Part shown: piece after piece, positions 20,585 through 29,657 of the stretch
Position numbering within the stretch: the stretch's first letter is position 1
How the letters are laid out: each line of letters begins with the position of its first letter
DNA from: Microbacteriaceae bacterium
Lineage (GTDB): Bacteria > Actinomycetota > Actinomycetes > Actinomycetales > Microbacteriaceae
Direction of reading: 5' to 3'
NCBI GenBank assembly: GCA_030841285.1
Contig: JAVECW010000071.1
Span: 1,176-65,175, forward strand
DNA length: 64,000 nt
Program-made: the position numbers and the translations under genes
The notes under the pieces: model-generated
The model's database searches: none
What the model saw: the letters and a program-made list of their open reading frames with translations, nothing else
What the model was told of the DNA's origin: nothing

Positions 20585-21592
20585 ATGCTCGACTTGTTAC
20601 TTGTCCACCCCGTATCCGCGAATGACTGGATCTCCTTCGACATCCCGTCGCTGATTCAAAACTTCTGGAGTGCCACCTTCGACGGCCTCACCTTTGGGGC
20701 CATTTACGGCCTCATCGCCGTGGGGTACACCCTTGTCTATGGCGTCCTCAACCTCATCAACTTCGCACACTCCGAGGTCTTCATCGTCGGGGCATACGCC
20801 GTCGTCCTGGTCCTCTCCGCGCTCGGCTTCGGCCCGTCGGTGCCGACCCTGCCATTGAGTTCGATAATCCTCGACCTCGTGCTCGCTCTGATCATCGCGA
20901 TGCTCGCATCCGCCGCCACCGCGTTCGTCCTGGAGCGGGTCGCATACCGGCCACTTCGAAAGCGCAATGCGCCCCGGCTCGTCTTCCTCATCACGGCCAT
21001 CGGCGCGTCCTTCGCGATCCAGTACACGATCTTCCTCGTGCGCGGTGCGAACGCTGAGCCTGCGGTGACGATGTTCCAGGCCCAACCCGTCTTCGACGTC
21101 TTCGGCACGATCATCAACAGCCAGCAGATCATCATCGTCATCGCCGCGGTGATCCTCATGATCCTCACCGACCAGTTCATCCGGCGCACGCGGGTCGGCC
21201 GCGGCATCCGTGCGGTCGCGCAGGATCCGGACACGGCGACGCTCATGGGCGTCAACAAGGAGCGCATCATCATCATCACGTTCATCGTCGGCGGCATCCT
21301 CGCCGGCGCGGCCGCGCTGTTCTACGTGATGCTCGTTCCATCGGGCGTCCAGTACAACGGAGGTTTCGTGCTCGGCGTCAAGGCGTTCGCGGCGGCCGTG
21401 CTCGGTGGAATCGGCAACGTGCGGGGCGCGCTCCTCGGCGGTCTTCTCCTCGGCATCATCGGCAACTACGGCCAGATCCTGCTCGGCGATTCCCAATGGA
21501 CGGATGTCGTCGCCTTCGTCATCCTGGTGCTCGTGCTCCTCGTGAAGCCAACGGGGATCCTCGGCACCTCTCTCGGAAGGAGCAGGGCATGA
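20585..21592 (+). CDS. livH: branched-chain amino acid ABC transporter permease
   Basis: 335 aa polytopic membrane protein with a LivH-like N-terminal block (GLTFGAIYGLIAVGYTLVYG). Confidence 0.9.
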   Translation: MLDLLLVHPVSANDWISFDIPSLIQNFWSATFDGLTFGAIYGLIAVGYTLVYGVLNLINFAHSEVFIVGAYAVVLVLSALGFGPSVPTLPLSSIILDLVLALIIAMLASAATAFVLERVAYRPLRKRNAPRLVFLITAIGASFAIQYTIFLVRGANAEPAVTMFQAQPVFDVFGTIINSQQIIIVIAAVILMILTDQFIRRTRVGRGIRAVAQDPDTATLMGVNKERIIIITFIVGGILAGAAALFYVMLVPSGVQYNGGFVLGVKAFAAAVLGGIGNVRGALLGGLLLGIIGNYGQILLGDSQWTDVVAFVILVLVLLVKPTGILGTSLGRSRA

Positions 21593-22782
21593 GTATGAGC
21601 GAGGGCCCGAAGGTCCTTCCGGGCGCGGAAACCGAGAAAGAAACCATCGACGTCGAGGCCAGGCCGAAGCGGAGCAGCGGGCTGTTCCAGCCGCTGGTCG
21701 ACAAGTGGAACGCGCTTCCACGACCGATCCAATGGCTGTGGCTGATCATCGTCGTTGTCATCGCGTATCTGCTTCCCATCCTCGATATTCCGATCCTCAC
21801 GACCCAGCCGGGCAACGACTGGGCTCTTGCGTGTTTCAGCATGGCGAGCTACGCGCTCATCGCGGTCGGACTCAACGTCGTCGTAGGCTACGCAGGGCTT
21901 CTCGACCTGGGTTACGTCGCGTTCTTCGCGGTCGGGTCGTACACGGCAGCGTTGCTCACGAGTCCTGACTCGCCCTTCGCGCACATTCCATACCTGTGGA
22001 CGATTCCCGTCGCGATGGCGGTCACGATGTTCTTCGGTGTCGTCCTCGGCGTGCCGACGCTGCGCCTGCGCGGTGACTACCTGGCGATCGTGACGCTGGG
22101 CTTCGGTGAAATCGTGCGCATCCTCGCCACGATCATCCCCGCGCTCAAGGGCCAGGTCGGGTTCCAGAATGTCGGGCGTCCTCCCGGAACCGCCGCGGAT
22201 GGCACGCCGCTCTTCGCGAACTCGAACGGCACTCCGTGGTACTGGCTGACGCTCACGATCATCATCATCGTGCTCCTGCTGGTGGGAAACCTCGAGCGCA
22301 GCCGCGTCGGCAGAGCGTGGATCGCGATCCGGGAGGACGAGGATGCCGCGGAGATCATGGGCGTCCCGACCTTCAGGTACAAGGTGTGGGCCTTCGCGAT
22401 CGGTGCGTCGGTCGGCGGTCTCTCCGGTGCGCTCTTCGCGGGCCAGGTCGGCTTCGTGAACAACCAGAAGTTCGACGTACAGACCTCCATCCTGTTCCTC
22501 GCTGCGGTCGTCCTCGGCGGCGCGGGCAACAAGGTCGGAGCGTTGCTCGGCGGTGTCATCGTCGCCTATATTCCGTTGCGCTTCACGGCGATCGCCAACT
22601 ACAAGTACCTCATCTTCGGGATCGCACTCGTGCTCATCATGATCTTCCGGTCGAAGGGGCTGCTGCCCGCGAGGCAGCGGCTGCTCGCATACGGGCGAAC
22701 CGCGTATCAGCGCGTGATCTCTAAACCGGGCACGGTCACTCCGCCCACGCCGCCTGAAGCCGAGAAAGGAGCCGCGTCATGA
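21589..22782 (+). CDS. livM: branched-chain amino acid ABC transporter permease
   Basis: ORF 21496-22782. ATG 21589 overlaps the livH stop (ATGA) after GGAAGGAG. LivM-like (GLNVVVGYAGLLDLGYVAFF). Confidence 0.9.
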   Translation: MSMSEGPKVLPGAETEKETIDVEARPKRSSGLFQPLVDKWNALPRPIQWLWLIIVVVIAYLLPILDIPILTTQPGNDWALACFSMASYALIAVGLNVVVGYAGLLDLGYVAFFAVGSYTAALLTSPDSPFAHIPYLWTIPVAMAVTMFFGVVLGVPTLRLRGDYLAIVTLGFGEIVRILATIIPALKGQVGFQNVGRPPGTAADGTPLFANSNGTPWYWLTLTIIIIVLLLVGNLERSRVGRAWIAIREDEDAAEIMGVPTFRYKVWAFAIGASVGGLSGALFAGQVGFVNNQKFDVQTSILFLAAVVLGGAGNKVGALLGGVIVAYIPLRFTAIANYKYLIFGIALVLIMIFRSKGLLPARQRLLAYGRTAYQRVISKPGTVTPPTPPEAEKGAAS

Positions 22783-23672
22783 GTAGCGAAGCAACGGCGA
22801 CGCCGGGTGCGGCCACCGACCATGTTGACGAGCTCGACGTTGCCCCGGAGGTCGCCGCGGCGGCTGCTCCCGACCGTGAGATCGCGGTCGAGGTCGGAGA
22901 CAACATCGTCGAGGTGAAGAACCTGACGGTCAAGTTCGGTGGGCTGGTCGCACTAGACGACGTGTCATTCACGATCAAGCGCGGGGAGATCCTCGGCCTG
23001 ATCGGACCGAATGGCGCGGGGAAGACGACCTGCTTCAACGCCATGACGGGCGTGTACAAGCCGACCAGCGGCGACGTGCTCCTCGAGGGCAAGTCGATCA
23101 AGGGGCGCAAGCAGCACTCCATCACGCGCCTCGGTCTCGCTCGAACCTTTCAGAACATCCGACTGTTCGGAGAGATGACGGCGCTGGAGAACGTGGTCGT
23201 CGGGCTGGACGCCCGGCACCGGACGAGTGTCGTCGGAGCGCTGCTTCGTCTGCCCAGGCACATCCGCGAGGAGAAGACGGCCATCGATCGCGGCATGGCG
23301 TTGCTCGAGTTCGTCGGAATCGCCAGCCACGCGGGCGTGCTTGCCCGTCACCTTCCGTACGGCTTCCAGCGGCGCCTCGAGATCGCCAGGGCTCTGGCCA
23401 CCGACCCCAAGGTGCTGTGCCTCGACGAGCCGGCCGCCGGGTTCAACCCGGCGGAGAAGGAAGAGCTCATGGCGCTCATCCGCACGATTCGCGCGGATGG
23501 GTACACCGTGCTCCTGATCGAACACGACATGAAGCTTGTCATGGGCGTGACCGACCGGATCGTGGTGCTCGAGTTCGGCCGCAAGCTTGCCGACGATACG
23601 CCAACGGTCATCCGGAATGACCCGCGGGTCATCGCCGCCTACCTGGGGGAGCCAGAAGATGACGTTGCTTGA
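22779..23672 (+). CDS. livG: branched-chain amino acid ABC transporter ATP-binding protein
   Basis: ATGA overlap with livM. Walker A GPNGAGKTT, signature LPYGFQRRLEIA, Walker B LCLDEPAAG. Confidence 0.9.
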   Translation: MSSEATATPGAATDHVDELDVAPEVAAAAAPDREIAVEVGDNIVEVKNLTVKFGGLVALDDVSFTIKRGEILGLIGPNGAGKTTCFNAMTGVYKPTSGDVLLEGKSIKGRKQHSITRLGLARTFQNIRLFGEMTALENVVVGLDARHRTSVVGALLRLPRHIREEKTAIDRGMALLEFVGIASHAGVLARHLPYGFQRRLEIARALATDPKVLCLDEPAAGFNPAEKEELMALIRTIRADGYTVLLIEHDMKLVMGVTDRIVVLEFGRKLADDTPTVIRNDPRVIAAYLGEPEDDVA

Positions 23673-24372
23673 GCTGAAGAATGTCAGCGTGTCGTACGGG
23701 CGCATCGAGGCGATCCACGACATGTCGTTCTCTGTCGAAGAGGGCGAGATCGTGAGCCTCATCGGCGCCAACGGCGCGGGTAAGTCGACGACCATGAAGA
23801 CCATCTCGGGGTTGCTCAATCCCTCGCGCGGGTCTCTCACGTTCGACGGCCAGGAGATCACGAAGATGAAGGCGCACATCCGCGTCGTCAAGGGGATCTC
23901 GCAGGCTCCGGAAGGGCGGGGGATCTTCCCTGGCATGACGGTGATGGAAAACCTCGACATGGGTGCGTTCGGTCGCAAGGACCGCAGCGGGATGAGCGCG
24001 GACTTCGAACGTGTGTTCACGCTGTTTCCGCGGCTCGCCGAACGAAAGACCCAGATCGGCGGAACGATGTCCGGCGGCGAACAGCAGATGCTCGCCATCG
24101 GGCGCGCGCTCATGTCGGCGCCACGCCTGCTCCTGCTCGATGAACCATCGATGGGCCTCGCGCCGCAATTCATCAAGCAGATCTTCACGATCATCACGGA
24201 GATCAACCAGCAGGGAACCACCATCCTGCTCGTGGAACAGAACGCGAACCAGGCTCTCGCCCGCGCCCATCGCGCGTTCGTGCTGGAGACGGGAACGATC
24301 ACGCACAGCGGCACGGGCAAGGAACTCCTGGCCAATCCCGCCATCAAGGAGGCATATCTGGGCGTCGGATAG
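23659..24372 (+). CDS. livF: branched-chain amino acid ABC transporter ATP-binding protein
   Basis: ORF 23587-24372 trimmed to ATG 23659 (MTLLELKNVSVSYG). Walker A GANGAGKST, signature MSGGEQQMLAI. Confidence 0.9.
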   Translation: MTLLELKNVSVSYGRIEAIHDMSFSVEEGEIVSLIGANGAGKSTTMKTISGLLNPSRGSLTFDGQEITKMKAHIRVVKGISQAPEGRGIFPGMTVMENLDMGAFGRKDRSGMSADFERVFTLFPRLAERKTQIGGTMSGGEQQMLAIGRALMSAPRLLLLDEPSMGLAPQFIKQIFTIITEINQQGTTILLVEQNANQALARAHRAFVLETGTITHSGTGKELLANPAIKEAYLGVG

Positions 24373-24472
24373 GCGGTCGTGCCGATGGGTGCCCGGCCTG
24401 CCGGTCGTAACGTGAAGAGTCCGATACCGTAGACCCAGACATTCGGCGCGATCACATGGGAGGGACGGTCAG

Positions 24473-27400
24473 GTGTACCTGAAGAGCCTGACCCTCAAGG
24501 GGTTCAAATCCTTCGCGCAGCCAACGACGTTCGCGTTCGAAACGGGCGTCACCTGCGTGGTCGGCCCCAACGGCTCCGGCAAGTCCAACGTCGTCGATGC
24601 GCTCGCGTGGGTGATGGGCGAGCAGGGCGCGAAGACCCTGCGTGGCGGCAAGATGGAAGACGTCATCTTCGCCGGCACCTCGACGCGCGGCCCGCTCGGG
24701 CGGGCAGAGGTCACCCTCACGATCGACAATTCGGATGGCGCCCTCCCGATCGAGTACGCAGAGGTCACCATCTCGCGCACGCTCTTTCGGAACGGCGGCA
24801 GTGAGTACGCCATCAACGGCAACGCGTGCCGCCTGCTGGACGTGCAGGAACTCCTGAGCGATTCCGGCCTTGGACGCGAGATGCACGTCATCGTCGGCCA
24901 GGGGCAGCTCGATGCCGTGCTGCGCGCGAGCCCGGAGGAGCGGCGCGGATTCATCGAGGAAGCCGCCGGCATCCTCAAGCACCGCAGGCGCAAGGAGAAA
25001 ACCTTGCGCAAGCTCGAGGCCATGCAGACCAACCTGACCAGACTGAGCGACCTGGCCGGCGAGATCCGGCGCCAGCTGAAGCCGCTCGGCCACCAGGCCG
25101 AGATCGCACGAGAGGCGCAGTCGATCGCCGCCGTCGTTCGCGACGCACGCGCACGGCTGCTCGCCGACGAGGTCGTCGCGCTGCGCACGGCCCTCGACGA
25201 CCACGGCCGAACCGAGAGCGAGCGGCACAGCGAGCGCATCGTGCTGCAGGAGCAGCTCGAGCAGAAGCAGCTGCGCGTCGCGCGACTCGAGCAGGCCCAG
25301 ATCGGGGATGCGGTCGACGCGGCGCGCCGCACGAGCTTCGGGCTCGAGTCGGTCCAGGAGCGGCTGCGCAACCTGTACACGATGGCAAACCAACGGCTCG
25401 CCCTGCTCGGTTCGCAGGCGGATGCACCCGATTCGGGACCCAGCGTCACACCCCAGATGGTCGAGGACGCGCGCGTCGAGGTCGACCGGCTGCGCGGGCT
25501 GGTCGTTGAAGCCGAGGCGGCATGGATTGCGGCGCAGGCTGCGACTCGAGCGACGCGCGCGAGCCTCGATTCAGTTGACGACGAGATTGCCGCGCAGAGC
25601 GCACTTGTCTCGCGGCACGACCTGGAGCTCTCGAAGCTCGGCGGCCAGGTCGATACTGCGGCTTCGCGGCTCGCTGCGGTTCGCGGCGAGGTGCTTCGCC
25701 AGCAGAACTCATTGGATGCTGCGACCGAGCGCCGGGAGACCGCCCGCGCGCAGTTCGCGGCACGCGAGCTCGAAGCCGCAACGGCCGACGCGGGTGAGAG
25801 CAACCTCGACGAGGCGTACGAGTTCGCACAGGGCGTCGTCTTCGAGGCCGAGGGCGAGATCGAGCGGCTCCGCGAGGAACTGCACGTGCTCGAGCGTGAG
25901 CGTGACGCCCTCGCCGCGCGCACGAGCGCCCTCTCGCTCGCACTCAACCAGAAAGACGGCTCCGCGGCACTCGTGGCTGCCAGACTCACGGGTGTGCGCG
26001 GACTCGTCGCCGAGCACGTGCGTGTGAAGCCGGGCTACGAGGCGGCGATCGCTGCGGCGCTCGGTTCGCTCGCGGATGCCGTACTCGCTGAGAACAGGGA
26101 TGCAGCGTTCGAGGCGGTCGCGCACGCGACAGCCGGCGACCTCGGTCGCGTCGAGGTCATCATCGCCAACGCCGGCGCGGTGCCGATCGCTCTCGCTGAT
26201 CTTCCTGGCATTGTCGCGGCCCGCTCGGTGGTCGATGCGCCGGATGGCGTGCTCGGGATCCTCACCCACACGGCGATCGCCGACGACCTCGCCGCGGCAC
26301 GCGCCGCAGGACCCGCGCTCGCCAGCAGCCACGCCGGAGCGCCCATCACTGTCATCACCAAGGCCGGCGAGGTGCTCACGGAGTACGTGCTCCGCGGCGG
26401 ATCCGGTGCCAAGCAGAGCAGGATCGAGCTCATCGCCGAGCGCGACACGGCATCCGACCGTCTGGGCGAGGTGAGCTCGCTCATCGATCGGGCCAGGTTC
26501 GCACTCGCCGAACAGCGCGGAGTGCTGCACGTTGCCAAAGAGCAGTCGGCCACCGCCCTCGCGGCCCTGCGCGAATTCGATTCGCAGCTGGCCGCGCAGA
26601 CCGAGCAGCTCAATCGGCTCAAGGTGCAGCTCGAGGCGTCGCAGGCGGAGTTCGACCGTCTGAGCGCCGCGCTCGCGCTCGCCAGCGAATCCGTCGCCGA
26701 TGCGGAGGCCGCGTTTGAGAGGGCGAAGGCCGAGCTGGAGATTGCGACGTCCAGGCCGCGCCCGATCCTCGACGTCAGCGCCAGGGATGCGCTCGCGATC
26801 GAACTCGATTCCGCACGCGAGGCCGAGGTCGAGGCGCGCCTGGTGGTCGAGACTGCGAAGGAACGCGTGCGTGCCGAGCAGGCGCGCAGCGAGGGGCTCG
26901 CGCGTCAGATGGAGGCCGACCGGGCCGCCGCAGCGGAGGCCGCTCGTCGCGCTGTCATCCGCGCGCACCAGGTGGATGCCGCGATCGCGGTCCTGGAAGT
27001 GCTGCCCGCCGTTCTCGATTCCGTCGACCGCTCCGTCGCCGAGGCTCGCGTCGAGCTTGCCGGCGCGGAAGCTGCGCGGGCGAGCCAGAACGAGGAATTG
27101 ACGACGCTCCGGCGCGAGGAGAACGGGTTGCGCGAGCGCCTGCAGGCCATCACCGAGAACATGCACGGCCTCGAGCTGCAGATCTACGAGAAGAAGCTGC
27201 ACCTCTCCGGCCTGCTCGAGCGTGCGGGAAGCGAGCTCGGCCTCGTCGAGGACGTGCTGGTGGCCGAATACGGGCCGCAGGTCGCCATCCCACCGGACCA
27301 GGAGGGCGGCGAGAGCACCCCGTTCAATCGTGAGGCGCAGCAGAAGCGGCTCGCCGCTGCCGAACGCACCTTCGCGCAGCTCGGTCGCGTCAATCCGCTC

Positions 27401-27991
27401 GCACTCGAAGAGTTCGCGGCCCTTGAGCAGCGCCACAAGTTCCTCACGGAACAGCTCACGGACCTGACGAACACTCGCAAGGATCTCCTGACGATCATCG
27501 ACGAGATCGACGGCAAGATGCAGACCATCTTCGCGAGCGCTTTCGAGGACACGCAGGCCGCGTTCGGCGAGGTCTTCCCCATTCTGTTCCCCGGCGGAAC
27601 GGGGAGCATCGAACTCACCGATCCGGATGACTTGCTTGCGACGGGCATCGAGGTGTCCGTCAAGCCAGCGGGCAAGAAGATCGAACGGCTTTCGCTGCTC
27701 TCGGGAGGCGAGCGCTCGCTCGCGGCGGTTGCGCTCCTGATCGCGATCTTCAAGGCGCGACCGAGCCCGTTCTACATCATGGACGAAGTCGAGGCCGCGC
27801 TCGACGACGCGAACCTCGGCCGACTGCTGACGATCTTCGAGGATCTGCGCGAGACCTCACAGCTCATCGTGATCACGCACCAGAAGCGCACGATGGAGAT
27901 CGCGGATGCCCTCTATGGCGTCTCGATGCGGCAGGACGGCGTGAGTGCGGTGGTCGGCCAGCGCGTCAAGCAGGAGCAAGCGGCGAGCTAG
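24473..27991 (+). CDS. smc: chromosome segregation protein SMC
   Basis: 1172 aa. Walker A GPNGSGKSN, long coiled-coil arms, a hinge, and C-terminal LSGGERSL plus Walker B FYIMDEVEAALD. Confidence 0.95.
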   Translation: MYLKSLTLKGFKSFAQPTTFAFETGVTCVVGPNGSGKSNVVDALAWVMGEQGAKTLRGGKMEDVIFAGTSTRGPLGRAEVTLTIDNSDGALPIEYAEVTISRTLFRNGGSEYAINGNACRLLDVQELLSDSGLGREMHVIVGQGQLDAVLRASPEERRGFIEEAAGILKHRRRKEKTLRKLEAMQTNLTRLSDLAGEIRRQLKPLGHQAEIAREAQSIAAVVRDARARLLADEVVALRTALDDHGRTESERHSERIVLQEQLEQKQLRVARLEQAQIGDAVDAARRTSFGLESVQERLRNLYTMANQRLALLGSQADAPDSGPSVTPQMVEDARVEVDRLRGLVVEAEAAWIAAQAATRATRASLDSVDDEIAAQSALVSRHDLELSKLGGQVDTAASRLAAVRGEVLRQQNSLDAATERRETARAQFAARELEAATADAGESNLDEAYEFAQGVVFEAEGEIERLREELHVLERERDALAARTSALSLALNQKDGSAALVAARLTGVRGLVAEHVRVKPGYEAAIAAALGSLADAVLAENRDAAFEAVAHATAGDLGRVEVIIANAGAVPIALADLPGIVAARSVVDAPDGVLGILTHTAIADDLAAARAAGPALASSHAGAPITVITKAGEVLTEYVLRGGSGAKQSRIELIAERDTASDRLGEVSSLIDRARFALAEQRGVLHVAKEQSATALAALREFDSQLAAQTEQLNRLKVQLEASQAEFDRLSAALALASESVADAEAAFERAKAELEIATSRPRPILDVSARDALAIELDSAREAEVEARLVVETAKERVRAEQARSEGLARQMEADRAAAAEAARRAVIRAHQVDAAIAVLEVLPAVLDSVDRSVAEARVELAGAEAARASQNEELTTLRREENGLRERLQAITENMHGLELQIYEKKLHLSGLLERAGSELGLVEDVLVAEYGPQVAIPPDQEGGESTPFNREAQQKRLAAAERTFAQLGRVNPLALEEFAALEQRHKFLTEQLTDLTNTRKDLLTIIDEIDGKMQTIFASAFEDTQAAFGEVFPILFPGGTGSIELTDPDDLLATGIEVSVKPAGKKIERLSLLSGGERSLAAVALLIAIFKARPSPFYIMDEVEAALDDANLGRLLTIFEDLRETSQLIVITHQKRTMEIADALYGVSMRQDGVSAVVGQRVKQEQAAS

Positions 27992-28027
27992 CCAACACTC
28001 GGTCAGCAGGCTGGTGACACTCGTGCT

Positions 28028-28128
28028 GGCAACTCAGGCAGGATCGGCAGCAACGGAGCCGAAATCGGTCGAAATGCGCCGAAACCGGCCGATCTGATAC
28101 GAATCCTTTCGATCCAGCCTGAGTTGCC
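28028..28128. repeat. imperfect inverted repeat (19-nt arms, 1 mismatch) enclosing three CGAAA(T/C) motifs at an exact 10-bp period
   Basis: 28028-28046 GGCAACTCAGGCAGGATCG pairs with 28110-28128 CGATCCAGCCTGAGTTGCC. CGAAAT occurs at 28060 and 28070, CGAAAC at 28080. An alternative pairing exists: GATCGGC (28042-28048) with GCCGATC (28088-28094). Confidence 0.7.
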
Positions 28129-28245
28129 TACGCGGCCCCGGGCCGAATGTCCCGCCGTCACGCCCGGGTAGCGCGGTGTGGCAGATCGATCTCGTGTCAC
28201 GCGGCATCCGTCAGCCCGTCGCGGTTCGACCGGTACATTGGTCAC

Positions 28246-29115
28246 ATGGCTTCTCCCTGGTCCCTGTCGGGCGCGCTCAAGGGGATGTTCTCCCGCAAAA
28301 CCATCGACGACAGCACCTGGGGCGACCTCGAGGATGCACTGATCACCGCGGACTTCGGTTCGGACGTGACGGACGCGATTGTCGCCGACCTCAGGGGCAA
28401 GGTCGACAGGTACAAGACGACAGACCCGGCGGACCTGCAGCGGATGCTCCGCGAGACGCTCGAAGAGCGACTCTCTGCGCTCGATTCGACCCTCAAGCTC
28501 ACCGACCGGCCCGCGATCGTGCTCATCGTGGGCGTCAACGGGGTTGGCAAGACCACGACGATCGGCAAGTTCGCGAAGTTCCTGCGTACGTACGACCGCA
28601 CCGTCATCGTCGGCGCCGCCGACACGTTTCGCGCCGCTGCCGTCGAGCAACTCGCCACCTGGGCCGAGCGCGCGGGGGCGGAGATCGTGCGCCCGCAGCA
28701 GCAGGGGCAGGACCCCGCGGCCGTCGCCTTCCAAACCGTCGAGCGCGCCAAGGCGCAAGGAACCGAGATCGTCATCATCGACACCGCCGGCCGCCTGCAG
28801 ACGAAGGGCGGCCTCATGGACGAACTCTCCAAGATCAGGCGTGTCGTCGAGAAGCAGGGCCCCATCGCCGAGGTCCTGCTCGTGCTCGACGCGACCACAG
28901 GCCAGAACGGCCTCGCCCAGGCCGAGGCCTTCATCGAGCACGCGGGCGTGACGGGTCTCGTCCTCACCAAACTCGACGGTTCGGCGAAGGGGGGCTTCGT
29001 GCTCGCGGTGCAGGAGAAGACGGGCATCCCGATCAAGCTCGTGGGCCAGGGCGAGGGCATCAACGACCTGACGGGATTCACCCCGCACGTCTTCGCACAG
29101 CAGCTGATTGGTTAG
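28246..29115 (+). CDS. ftsY: signal recognition particle receptor FtsY
   Basis: ORF 28147-29115 trimmed to ATG 28246. NG domain motifs GVNGVGKTTT, DTAGRL, TKLDGSAKGG. Confidence 0.92.
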   Translation: MASPWSLSGALKGMFSRKTIDDSTWGDLEDALITADFGSDVTDAIVADLRGKVDRYKTTDPADLQRMLRETLEERLSALDSTLKLTDRPAIVLIVGVNGVGKTTTIGKFAKFLRTYDRTVIVGAADTFRAAAVEQLATWAERAGAEIVRPQQQGQDPAAVAFQTVERAKAQGTEIVIIDTAGRLQTKGGLMDELSKIRRVVEKQGPIAEVLLVLDATTGQNGLAQAEAFIEHAGVTGLVLTKLDGSAKGGFVLAVQEKTGIPIKLVGQGEGINDLTGFTPHVFAQQLIG

Positions 29116-29122
29116 GGCGCCC

Positions 29123-29623
29123 GTGGCAATCGAACACGACTTCTTCGGCATCATCGACGAAACGAGCGAGGGCGGACTGTTCTGGTCTGACACGGTTGAA
29201 CTCGGTGACCAGGCGGTCTCGCTCGAGTTGAGCGCAGACAACGAGAGCAACGTCACAGAGAAGTCGCTCGACTCGGCAGCGGCCATGCTGCACGCGCTCG
29301 AGGGTTTCGATGCGCGTGCAAGGGATGCGCTCGTTGCCGAGCTGAGCGAGCGGGCATCCGTCGCCTCGAGCTACGTCGACCGCCACGTCGACGAGCTCGG
29401 TGAGAGCCTGCTCGACCTACTCGTCTACAACTCCGGCGACATCGCCATCGACGTGCTTCGTTCGCTGCAGCTCATGCGCGTCGGCTTCTTCCCGGAGCGC
29501 GCGGACGAAGAGGAGGTCTTTGCGGTCTTCGACTATTCGATCAGCCCGGATGACACCGACTACCTCCTGGTCGTCAGCTTCGACATCCGCGGCGACGTGG
29601 TCGCCGTCGACATGCAGGGCTAG
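29123..29623 (+). CDS. acidic hypothetical protein (possibly DUF2004-like)
   Basis: ORF 29108-29623. GTG 29123 follows the ftsY stop (alternative TTG 29108 overlaps it). About 37 Asp/Glu versus about 9 Arg/Lys by my count. No catalytic motif recognised. Confidence 0.55.
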   Translation: MAIEHDFFGIIDETSEGGLFWSDTVELGDQAVSLELSADNESNVTEKSLDSAAAMLHALEGFDARARDALVAELSERASVASSYVDRHVDELGESLLDLLVYNSGDIAIDVLRSLQLMRVGFFPERADEEEVFAVFDYSISPDDTDYLLVVSFDIRGDVVAVDMQG

Positions 29624-29657
29624 ACCGCCCGCCGCCTCGGGTTAAACTGGCTGCACA

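Noticed and set aside
24469-27436. Antisense ORFs of 506 aa (24469-25989) and 575 aa (25709-27436) opposite smc
   Set aside because: They are typical high-GC antisense open frames. Their translations are Arg/Ala/Ser-rich with no motifs, whereas the + strand encodes an unmistakable full-length SMC.
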